NCBI GenBank assembly: GCA_000708835.1
Contig: DF237011.1
Span: 188,764-252,763 of the forward strand
Source: Klebsormidium nitens
Taxonomy: Eukaryota; Plantae; Klebsormidiophyceae
DNA: 64,000 nucleotides
Direction: 5' to 3'
The notes under the pieces were generated by a model. The model made no database searches. It was not told the origin of the DNA and saw nothing but the letters and a program-made list of their open reading frames with translations. Position 1 is the stretch's first letter, and each line of letters opens with the position of its first letter. This document shows, in pieces, positions 35,529 through 47,045 of this stretch. The position numbers and the translations under genes were made by a program.

Positions 35529-38500
35529 ATGGTGGTCACAATGGCGCTCCGCACAACAGCGCTCTTCCTGATCGCGAGCTGCCTCTCTCTTCCTGCGTCG
35601 GCGGCGGACGACTCTCAGAGTATTGTCGAAAGGGACTACTCCTGTCCCCCCGGCTTCATTCCCTTGCCCAATCAGGGCGCCAACTATAACCCCAGTTGCG
35701 CAGTCGATCGCTGCTACGGGACTCCTGGCCCTTGCGGCGAAGGTACGTTGCGCTGTATGCCGTTTGCATGATAGTGTCCTCTTTTATTTGATTCAGGGAT
35801 GAATCAGGATTACTATTGAGGATGCCAAGAGCAGATTGTCAATTTGCAATCACAAGAATGCAGAATTCTTGTCGGATTCTGCAATGAATTACAAAACTTG
35901 TGATTGAATCAGGGTTGCAACAGCAGAATCTGATCCGCAGCGCCTTGTTCACTACTGGCACCTGCACCACGCCCTGGGAAAGAGTCGATAAAGAAATGCT
36001 GCTTAGACAGCTGGCAGCCTTAAGCGCTGATTGCTCTCCCCCCAGGCACGCAGTCATAAAGGTGCCATTGCATGGTAAACTCGAGCAGACTAGGAACTTA
36101 AACGTGCTAAATCGTGCTTGTTTCAGCTGCCCGTGCTGCTCTGCGCATCTCAATGTCTTTGGCCCCTCTGTCTTTGGATGACTGGCCCTACTCTCCCGAA
36201 TCGGTAGAGTTCTGTCCCTTTATCAGTTACTTCGTTGTCCTTCCTAACCGAAACCTGTCCTTACTCCCTTCTCCGGCTGGTTTCCTGCCTCCCCATCTGA
36301 CTCTTTCTCAGCTGTGCTCAGCTCTTCCTTAGGACTGTTTTCGCATTATCAACTTGGACGGAGAAGTTGCAGAGGAACTCACAGGAGATCTTGGTTGCTA
36401 ACCAGGCTGACTACCAGACTGAGTCTCAGGTTACTAGCCAAATATCCCAGCTTTGACCTTCTTCCGGGGCTGGTTGAAGCCCAAGTCTGGTTGCTGGACA
36501 TATAGCCAGTCTCTGACCGGCCATAAACAGCCCCTAACCATCCATGCTTAACAGCCAAAACCTGGTGTGATTGTGTATGGTACGTTGATCGCTTCTCATG
36601 GAGTAGATTCTCAAGGCAGGAGGACAGATAGCCCTGGTGGAGTGGATTGTATATGCTGACGTCTTCTCCTGCTCATCAAGGTGGTGACATGTCACATCTG
36701 CAGGTAACCAGTGTACATCCAAAAAGTCTACGGTCTCGGGGATATCTACATTCGAGTCTGTGTGTACCTGCTCGGCGCCTTCCGTGCTCGCCCACATTGT
36801 CTACACGGACTTCTGCTATGTGCCAGGTACTTATAACGAACGTCTCACTATGGCTATCTACTTCTCAAGAGTTTTCATAGTAACTTCTGGCTGCTAACCG
36901 TACTGATTTAAATATCAGAGTCGAGTCTCAGGTTATTGGACAGATAACCGGGCTCTAACCTTGTTTCAAGGCTGGTTACCGCCCAAGTCTGGCTACTCGA
37001 CAGTTAACCACTTTGAAACGAGCCCATAGCCAGCCCCTAGGTGTCATCGTTACGAGCCAAAAATTCCTGTGAATTTCGCACAGGCCTAGCAAGGTCTTTT
37101 ACTCCCCGACATGTTTCCCTACGTGCCAGGGTACTAGTTTCCGGGTTAAGTTCCTTCCTCTGTGTCTTCCCTGTCAGATCTTGTGCATTCCATCTCTTTC
37201 GCCGGTGTTTCGACTACTCACAGTGGACGAAGGACAGGGTAGTGTAATGAAGCTATGCATGCATTTGAAGGTCCTGCAGCAAGGCTTTGTCAAAAAAAAA
37301 GGGTGTTAACGGTGCCAGGCTTCTACCATGTAGCATGCCTGAGGCCTTGCTTGGCTGGGGTATGCTAACGTCTAACCAGCGTGGTTAAAACACAAGTTTT
37401 TTGGAGAAGGAAAGGTTGAACCCAAAGAGTTTCCCTCCGAGTGGACATGCTTTGGAGACACGTCATCAGACCTCCTCTCATGTCCCTGTGATGGAAGACT
37501 ACTTATCCAAGCACCAACCAGATTTGAGGAGCTGAGACGATCCTGCAAGTGTAATCTAAAATATGTGGGGTGTGCAGCGCTTATAAGCTGCGGGCTAAGC
37601 TTCTCAGACTCGATTCTCAGATACGTGCTTCAATTCAGATGTTCCCTCTCCAAGTTGAAAGTTTGCTGCCCCGCTTAAGAGGCTTGTGCTCGGTTAAGGT
37701 GTTCTTTTTCCCCCACCGTCACCTAGGCGTGTGGAGCTGCTAAAAGTCCCATTACGGATACATCAGCTACTTTAGTTTGCCAAATTGAATCCTTCTTGCT
37801 GCGCAGGGACTGATCGCTGCAACCCCAACCCGTGCAAGAACGGAGGCACTTGCGAGGCAGTCGCGGACTTCATCAGCGGTGAAAAACGGGCCTTTGTTTG
37901 TACCTGCCCCCAGAACTTCCAGGGGGTCACTTGCGACCAGCCGTAAGTTTGATGGCTGCGTCTGTTTGCGAGTGATTAAAAGTTCCAAAACCACGTGAAA
38001 GTTGCAGGGCAGAGTTTGAAGGGTGGCCGCTTATATGGGCTCGTCCCCATCACGAAGTTCTAATGCAGATAGGTCTTTTGACGGGGTCGAGTTCAACACT
38101 TGTGAGGGTCTGACTTTGGAATGCGCTTGGTCACCTTTCGAAGAGTCTTTATACTAAACATTCTTGGAAGTCAAAAATAGGGAGAGGCGTCGCTCAATCA
38201 TGCTCCTAGATCCTACTACTCCCAACCTTATACAGTGATCGGACACAAGCAGCTGGTATGCACCGTTATCCATCTCGAGTAAAGGGTAATCACGTGCCCT
38301 TCAAACGGACCCTCGATCTAGCTTGCTTAATGTACCCTTAACAATAGGTCTCCCCAGTACCCAAGCTCAACTCGGAACAAAGGATCCATCAGCTGACAAG
38401 GACGAGCTCAAGAAAGATTATTCCGTCTTGGAATAAGCAGAAAATGTTTGGGCCCGCTTTCGTTTGAAGGGTGTTTTTGTTGAAAGTAGAGGTCGGTTAG

Positions 38501-41500
38501 ACGTCCAAATTGTTGAGTTAGGACGTGGTTACTAGCTAGTTTAGCTAGGCTAGTTTCGACCGTACGATCTAGAGTTCTTACTCAGTGTGAGCCGTCGATC
38601 AAGGAGTTTTTACATGAGGATACTAGAGGGCTAATTGTAGGCTCGACTAGTGTGACTTGGACGTTTGTATTGTGATGGGAAAATCATACTAAGAGATGCT
38701 TGTTGGGAGAAGAGCGCTTCCTTGTGTGAAGGCGCTTGTGTTGAGGGTGGTCAAAGCCCCGTTGGTTTCAAGCATGTACGTATGATTTCAACATTTCTGA
38801 CCCAATTGACCATCTTTCAGCCTAGCACACTGACCGGGCAGACCGGGATGCATTAACCAAAAAGGGTTGTTGACAACTTCGCTCTGTTTGTGCAGAAGCG
38901 AGAATCCGGCACCCACTCGCAGGAACGGAACCTCGCCCCCAACCCTGCCTCCCACTCCCCCTCCTACCACTGGGCCGCCGATTATCATCGATGGTACGAG
39001 AACTTAGCTCCGGTTCACAATTCTCCACTTTACTTGACTTCATTTTACTCTACTTCACTCATTTTACTTTACTTCACTTCAAGGGAAAAATTGAAAATGA
39101 TTCTGATTCTGCGAACTGAGAAACAGAATCCAAAGTCTGATGATTAGATTGAGTTACTAACTGTGAACGGACTTGCAAACTGCTTCCATTCAATTTGCAG
39201 GAAAACTTCAAAGTGCTGCGATCTTTGTTGAAACTTTCAAACGATTACTGATAGTGTCGTTCTGTCTTGGCTGCCGCTACGCTGGAGATGCTTGACCGGA
39301 TGTTCCGACAGCCCAGGGAACGTTACTCCGTACCCTTTGCGACCTTCTTAAGAAGTCCTTCAGTTTGTATTTCCGATTTTCCGTCCCTTCCAGCGGTTTG
39401 CGGAGTTGCCAGCTTTGCATCGCAGATTAGTTCCTGATCTGCGCACGTGAATTGTATATTGAAATTGAACGGCCTCAGGAACGAGTGATCAAGCCGAGAG
39501 ATGTTCCTCGATTCCACTCGAAGGCATTACTGCTGTTCAGTTCTACTTTGGACAAGTCAGAAACTCTGTTCCAAACAATTACTATGGTCAGAGTCTGCTT
39601 AGATGCCCTTCGAACGTGCATGGTTACATTCAAAGCCCACTTATTCTTGTTTCAGGAAATCAAGGCCTGTGTGGCCCGGGCGAATTGGCCGAGGCGGCTC
39701 CCTTCCCGCAGAGGTGCTGGTTCAACAACGACCCCCAGGTTAGTGGGCGGACTGCGTGGGTTAAGGACGTGTGTCCCTGCTAACCCATGTTGATTTCCTG
39801 GTGGGCTCAGATACATCGTGTGCCAGTTAGCCCTTGTGGGTTACTCAATTTCAAAGTCAGCCAACCGAAGTCACGTGGGCTCTTCGATTCCTGAAAGCAA
39901 GCCAACTCCTTTGGGCTTAATTGCGCTCATTAACCTAGCTGATTCGTACCCAACTTCATACCAGCTTCGAAACAAGACGTGAAGTCTGCGATGGTCGCTC
40001 GAGGTTTCAAACTGAAGCTTCTTCAATTAAGGTTCTGCAGAAAATTGTGGATATGCAGCCGATCTGATCAACCATGCGCTTGAAAGAATGATAGAAACAT
40101 TCATTTCTTGCTTGCAGGGCCGATACGTGTGCTGTGACGCCCAAGGCTGTGACGGATTCAACGCCGACAACCTCACCCCCCACTGCAAGAACTTCGGATA
40201 CGTGCCTCCGAACTTCGGCAAAAGTGGAGGGCCGTCCCCGCCTCCTGAAGGTGACCAGGGTAAGATTTGAGCGAACCTGGTCAGGCGTGACCTTTTGACA
40301 GTGCGCTGAAACTGTTCTAATAGCGTTTGCCAGGCAAGCTGTACCCCCGATTATTCATGCTTCTGTAATCTACGAAAGAGGCGCCACCCAACGATGCGTC
40401 GCCTCTCGGGCCCTTTGTAAGGCAGAAACGTTTCTTTAGATGAGCCTCTGCTTCTCGGTCTACTAATTTTGGTCGGAAACGCCGTTGAGGGCTATACTGC
40501 CTGGTCTTTGGGGATCAGCATTCAAAAGGGCAATTGTGACGGCTCGCGACAATTGTTCCTGCCGGTGCTTTTTAACCTGGGCCCTGCCCGCTCGAGTAGA
40601 GTCACGGTGCTGGTGACCCATACTAGCTATGATCGCCTACTAATCAGCTGTCCCTCAAACAGCATCGCGGCTCCGATCTTCAATGCAACACGAGGGGATT
40701 CGTCTCCTACACGATCCTCAGGCTCTGTTCGGGATGTCCTTGAATCGAGTACAGCGGTGCCCAGTACTGCACGTCAAGGAACAGAACATTTTGAGGAATC
40801 CTAAAGCTCGTGAAAGCCTCCAAACCCGTCTGAATCGAAACCCCTTTGCCTCAGGCGTTTGCGGCAAGACGGGCGCCGAGCCTTTCCCCAACCGGTGCTG
40901 GTTCAACAACGATCCTCTGGGGCGATACGTTTGTTGCGATAACCAGGGTTGCGACGGGTTCAACGCCGATAACCTAACCCCGCACTGCAAGAACTTTGGT
41001 TACGTGCCCGACAACTTCGGCCGCACTTCGCCTCCCGGCCCGGGTCCCACTGGCAACGGGGGGCCGCAAGGTAAGCTGCAAACCGGGTTTTCATATTGGG
41101 TTAGTGTATACTATAACGGGTGAAAGTCTCCGGTTTGAAGTGGGTTAGACGCCATGGATTTGTTTCCACCTATCAGACCATATGAGCATTTTGCCCCCGT
41201 GCGAATGTCGAAGCAGACGTATTTTGCAATGTCAATGTGCTGTGGCCACGCCAAAAGAGCTAGGCATCGAGGAGCCGTTGAAGCTTAGTCGACTCGCTAG
41301 CCTCACGAACCTGGCCCTGATTCTAATTACCGGAAAGTACGACCGATTCCGTAGTTGCTCGTTGTATTTCGACGCTGGAATTGAAAGCCCTTTTGCAGGC
41401 GTGTGCGGGACGGAAGAATTCACTCCGGCTTTGTCCGCTGGGAGCACGTACTGATCCTCTTGACCCTCACAGAGTAATATCTCGAGACAGCACTGTGTGA

Positions 41501-41812
41501 AAATGCGTTCTTAACTTGCGGAAAAGCTATTCAGGCATCCCATCTGCTCCTTCGTCAATCCTTCCATTTCGCGACCTCACGCGCGTTACCCGCTCAAATT
41601 GCAGCTTGCTGACTTCATGCTGACTTTGAGATTTGCTCGCAGGAGTGTGCGGCTTAGGGGCGGCGTCGGCCTTTCCGAACCGCTGCTGGTACAACAACGA
41701 CCCCCAGGGAAGATACGTCTGCTGCGACAATGACGGCTGTAATGGCTTCTATCAGCCGGGCAACCTTTTCCCCCGCTGCAAGACCAACGGGTTTGTGCCC
41801 CCCAGTCTCTAG
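35529..41812 (+). CDS. Paralog C: secreted EGF/EGF/Pro-rich/3x six-Cys-repeat protein, 393 aa, intact, inverted relative to A, B and D
   Basis: Exons 35529-35742, 36704-36826, 37807-37942, 38896-38993, 39656-39738, 40118-40259, 40855-41070 and 41643-41812 total 1182 nt with phases 1,1,2,1,0,1,1 and no stops. Signal peptide MVVTMALRTTALFLIASCLSLPASA; ends ..FPRCKTNGFVPPSL*. Confidence 0.92.
36393..36540 (+). repeat. ~150-bp dispersed repeat, copy 1 (intron 1 of C)
   Basis: Begins gg(t/c)tgctaaccagg and contains gagtctcaggtta, ggctggtt, gcccaagtctgg and cagcccct. Shared with 36889-37041, 44908-45036(-), 48779-48920 and 52947-53078(-). Confidence 0.8.
36889..37041 (+). repeat. ~150-bp dispersed repeat, copy 2 (intron 2 of C)
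   Basis: ggctgctaacc..gagtctcaggttattggacagataacc..aaggctggttaccgcccaagtctgg..cagcccctagg. Confidence 0.8.
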
Positions 41813-43602
41813 AGTGTTAGGATGTTGAGACCTCAGGTTCTTAGGGTTTTAGGGTCGAGGGGTAGGCGTCGAGGTAAACTCAGAGTTTTTGGGTTAGGGG
41901 CTACTAGTTTTAATTCAATGGGTTCGTGCCCTCCAGCTTCTAGAGGTTTAGCTTGGAGACCTGGTCATAACCGGGGGCGGATTTTGCTCGAGAGCCGCCG
42001 GTAGGAGAGCAGCCAATGAGTCCCTTTCTGCCGACTCGTATGCAGACTTTGTCTTCTAACCACGCCTGGTTGACGAGTAGTTAGCCGACCGGTCGAGTTA
42101 ACGCAACCAGCCACAATCAACTGTCTCTTGTCTATCAATCACCCGGGAGCAGCTTGTACATAAAGAGGCCGTAGTTAGTTTAGACTGCGCGCCGCCCAGC
42201 TACTGGTCTGATTAGCGTAGTAATGCCGCTTTCGTTTGTAGACAAGAAGAGGCATAGTCACGCATTAGAGCCTAAGTGTCTGGAGTGGAACTTCGTCACG
42301 TTTAGCGCCGCGCAACTGAATGTTCGCATCGTGCAAAGATGCTGGTCGTCGTTTTGATCCGCTTGAGTTGTCAAGTGTGTGTTCTGGTATAGCTGTGAAG
42401 TTTGGATTTCGGTCCGTCAGCTTGATTGATCTTGGAATGATCTTAATTGTACGTCTGGCCCATCATCGAATCCAGCTTCGCTACAATATTTAAGATCGCC
42501 TTGAACGTACACCGCTAGGCTTTCGATGGATTGATCCGGCCTCAGGGCCTCTCCTCTTACTCGCACACCGCCATGCATGCCCACGATCATGTAGGTGCTG
42601 TGATTCCTGAAGTCTGAGGGCCTGGGTCACCTTCTCATCGTTACTATAAGGCATCATAGCAATGATCAGATACGGTGCACACCATGAATAAGCTTAGTAG
42701 GACACTGCAGTCACTCTCCTAACAATTTTTCTAAGCTACGGTACATAAACCATCGCCGGTCGTCACAGTGTCATGACAAAGATTGAACCGTCATGTACTC
42801 ATGCATCAATACATGCAAGACGTAAAGCTGAATGGCGGCCGGAAAAGCGGGCCGTGGGGCGGCGACATATGCCAGGGATAACGTTCACAATGCACATGTA
42901 TTTTTACATGAGAGTCGGTCCATTGAATGCAGGAGCAACAGATCGTGCAGATTTGGCGGCCGCAGTTCCGTTGGACGCATGCATATGAGCAGTCCAAAGT
43001 CGTTTCTAGCTGATCCATCGAAGCTTCAAATCATGTTCGATTTGATCAGTGAGAGGAAAACAAGGTTTGCAGCTTTGAGGGAGCTCGACAGTGACTGGCT
43101 TCGATATACTACGACGTTGCACATGAAGTGAACCTTCCCGACCACTCAAGTCTTGCTACTTGATTACCGAAAAGCGTGATTGCATGTCGAAACCTACTCG
43201 GAAGCACACACGGCCCGTGTTTTATTGGCTGAAATGCCTAGTACTGGTGCATAGATCCTGAGACCAGTCCAGCTTTCAACACCAATCTACGGTGATTGGC
43301 GAGTCAAATGGCAACGCTTTCACGGTGATCCGCCGCTTTTCCGCCAATCTGACCGGCGCTAAGTGAGAGCGCGGGCACACCGAAATTTCGTCCACCGTCA
43401 GCGGCATCATTCTGCGGACGTCACACCTCTCCCGGCCAGGCCAGAGGGCAACTCTGTCCCCGTCTACAGTTTTGGTATCACTTTCTTAATGTAGCTGTGT
43501 TCCGGATCCCATTCAGGGTACTGCCGATAGGGTCCCCCCTCTCAGGTCTTCATCCACGTGCACCATCCGAGAATGGCCCTGATTAGACTGTAGAAGCAGC
43601 CG

Positions 43603-43652
43603 GATATACGACATACGATAGACGATATACGATATACGATATACGATATACG
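43603..43652. repeat. Heptamer microsatellite (ACGATAT)n, ~7 units, imperfect
   Basis: gatatacgacatacgatagacgatatacgatatacgatatacgatatacg. Confidence 0.9.
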
Positions 43653-44907
43653 AGCCTCATCGTGATTTTGCCCCGCTCTCGCCCTTTTCTTTCTTCTTCC
43701 CCTTCCGATTCCGGTCCGCTTCCGCGTGTTCCGCTTCCTGCCTCCAAACGCCGTCAAGATCCGCCCAATCGAGCGCCAAATCCGGGCAACGTTCTACGCC
43801 GTGTCTCCGTTCCGCTCCCCTTCAGCCGTTCCGTTCCGGCCCCTCAACCGTCTTGCTCTGGCTGCCCGCCGATTATGACGAATGTCAATTTCGCCACAAA
43901 CTCGACGAATAAAGAACAGTCGCCAAATCTTACAGCGCTCGCGCCCACAAACTCCTTGCCCTCCACCGTTCCCTCACAGAACGCCCCGCTACGCGCGCGC
44001 GCCCGGTTGCCCGCGGCCGCGGCAACGGCCGCTCTGCTCTCCCCTCTTTGTTCAATAGCCTTTCCATCCTCCTCTTCGTCTCGACGTAGCAGGCTGAGAA
44101 ATTCTGCGAAGCTCGCATGCGCAAAAACGACCACTCCCAAAAATCATCTCGCTTTGGGAAATGCTTTGGGAAATGCATTCTTTGGGAAATGAATTCTCTA
44201 GATCACACCCGGGCTTCTTCTCATTCTCGGATGCAAACGGGCAGCAACCACTCGGCCTCTGTCCGGACAAAGAAGTCAACAATATCGATGACAAGAGGCT
44301 ATGGAGCGGGCGAGTTCCGCCCATTCTTCGCGCCCTCTAGATCTTGTCCGGCGCCGGAAGGCCTTTGGACGTCTCCGCCCTGTATACCCTGACCTCGATC
44401 TGCTTACCTGAAACTTTGGACAAAAGCTCCACCCCTACTAGTGGCCCGAAGAACGTTCTCAGTTCTTTGGTTCTCTGAAAGTAGAGCCCCTTCGCCGCTC
44501 TCCTCTTCAAGGAGCCCCCAGCCCCGCCTTTCAGTTCACTGCTGTCCGCCCGGTAAGTTCGGGATTCCGGTCTTGCAGATCATCATTTCCGCCGAGCTTC
44601 AGTACGTCAGGCGCCCCTCTGTCCTCACTTCCATTGGAAACTCCGCCTACCCGGGTGGGTTATCCCCCGACTTCGTAGCACCCAAACCCGCCTCATTCTC
44701 CCGCGAACCAAACTCCCCGCTGACGTCACGTATACCTCAGCGTTCTCCCCAGCCTTTTTATTACGGTACGAATGTAAGAACCGTTCCGGTCGCCTCCAAG
44801 CGTTGAGCCTCGGCGTCGCCCCCACTTTCCGCCGCTTCGATCCACGCCTGGGGTTCCGTTGCATCAACAAACACAGGAATCTTTTGCCGTTAACCACCGA
44901 CGATTAT

Positions 44908-45036
44908 GGGCTTGTTAAGGAGTGGTTATGTGTCCAACAGACTTGGGCGGTGACCAGCAGCTGTGGATCAAAGTTAAACACCGGCTATTTATCCAACAAC
45001 CCGAAATTGAGACTGGTAAACAGCCTAATTAGCGGC
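44908..45036 (-). repeat. ~150-bp dispersed repeat, copy 3
   Basis: The reverse complement reads ggccgctaattaggctg..gttgttggataaatagccgg..gctggtcaccgcccaagtctgttggacacataacc. Confidence 0.7.
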
Positions 45037-47000
45037 CAGAATTTCTTCTGAAATCTGCGGTCAAAGCAAGCGCGGGCGGGCGAGTGCGGCCCCATCCCCA
45101 CCGTCGCTTCCCCCTTCCGTTTCCGCTCCATCTTTCGTTCCGCTCTCAGCTCGCGGGACCGCACCGGACGAAGCCCGTCTTTTCGCAGATATACAGACGG
45201 CTCGAAACTTCTAGGTACTTCTGTTCCGATGATAGACTCAGCCCTCGTAAGCATCCACCTCGTCACCGTCCGCTTCCGGCTGACGTCACATGCAGCTTGA
45301 GGCCTCTGAGGGAGTTCAGCGCAACGAGGCCCCAACAGTTAGGAACTTAATGTTGGGGCCGAACCAAGTGTCAGTCGATAGGTCCATGTGGGCAATCTTG
45401 TGCGCACATTCGAAACCTGCGAGGGGACGGAAAGAATAAAGACAGAAAGTCGCGTTGTATCCTTCCAAGTGCCGGTTGATCAGCACGCGGCGACGTCGGA
45501 AGTAATCAAAGTACTCTGAGGTCGCCGGAAGGAAGGACGACTGCATGTTTCCCCGCGACCAAGAAGCAGGCGCCTCGCTCTTGGTTCAGAGATGCAGAGC
45601 GGATGCGTTAGGGGAAGCAAAAGCGTACAGAGGAACGGCTTCAAATCAGAGGTACTTCGACGGCCGGGCCTGCACCAGAAAGCACGACAATACGAAAAAG
45701 CATACAAGCGGAACAAGATCCGATGCTCGGGAAGGCGCGCGCGGGCACCGCGCTGAGGGATCCTGAGAGGGAGACTCGCGCTTGCCCAACAGCTATTCTG
45801 TGCGCGAGCGGCGCAACGTGCGTGCGCGCTGTCAAGATCAACGGCGGCCGGACAGGGGCAGCGTTAAAGTTCCATCTTTGTAGCTTTCAATAAAGACTCA
45901 GAACCGAGCTGGTCTCAAGGTCAGCTGAGTTGATTGTTTCATGCGATGGTCGACCGATCGGACTTAAGCAACATATCGGAGCAGGCGCGCGGTCATGCTA
46001 AGGAACAGCTCCAGATTTAGAGCGTAATCTGATGCGGTATGTACTTCAAGAACAATATAGGGGCGTTCAATTCAATCCTGGCAGTATACGAGGGGTACCC
46101 GTAATAAGCCAGCTTCTCTCAGGTACATGTCAGCCAAAAGGGGAAATAACTCCGCCCGTACTCCGAATCAGAGTTCCAAAAATTGATGAAATTGAATTCG
46201 AACACTAAAATTATTCGGGTGCATCGCTTTTTATAAGGGCGGCTCAGACTCGCCGCTGCGCCGATGGTCCGATCACCTTTCTGAAGCATCATAGTATGAT
46301 CTTGTACTGCAGTGCATGTCCTTCCCAGACTACGGTTCATGCATGATAAGCTGTTCGAATGCTTGCGAGTATTCATATATCATGGCATCAGTGACATTCA
46401 GTTCAGAGCGCCATGCAATTTTGCCGCCTCTTGTGCAGTGTGTATCAGTCGGAAGACGGTGATTGCAATCGCCCACGCGGAACATATCATCAGTTTTCCA
46501 CCGAGCCATATAAGAAGATGATATGCAAATGTTCTTCAGAACAAGGCCATTTGAACAACGTCAACAAATGCGCAGATAGCCGTAACGGATGCTTTACAAC
46601 CTGACCATTTGTTTCAAATACCGTATGCATGCTGCATATAGCAGCATACTGCCCCGTACAAGTATACAGATTTCTAACTTGAAAATCAAGGCACACTGAC
46701 ACATTTTGTAAGTTTGTGCGAAGTGAGTTCGACGGGCGGGTAGGCCAGACAAGGACGCAAAACTACAAAGGTTGACGTACTCAAGTTCGATTGAAGAAGA
46801 ACGCAAAGTACAATAAGCGGTGCGTTTGTGTGAAAGATCAGCTATCGCTGCAACAGAGTAGGCAAAAAGTCTACGCAACGCTACTCGCGACCATGACGTG
46901 CTAACGTTATGATCAATGACTATCCGACTCCCTTTCTTCAAAGGCTATCTCTCGTTACTACTCTCGTTAGTAAATCAGCATCGATCTGGACTGGGAAGTC

Positions 47001-47045
47001 ACTAACTGCACGACCACTGACTGCACGACCACTAACTGCACGACT
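47001..47045. repeat. 15-bp tandem repeat x3
   Basis: act(a/g)actgcacgac(c/t) x3. Confidence 0.9.

Larger units (their letters stand above)
43542..45546 (-). pseudogene. Possible decayed multi-exon gene between paralogs C and D
   Basis: Strong acceptor (tctttattctttccgtcccctcgcag, ~45420) and donor (ttcag|gtaag, ~44405). G/E/A-rich codon-like stretches (AWIEAAESGGDAEAQRLEA; RNRKGKKKKRARAG) are broken by stops and frame changes. I could not build a consistent model. Confidence 0.3.
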
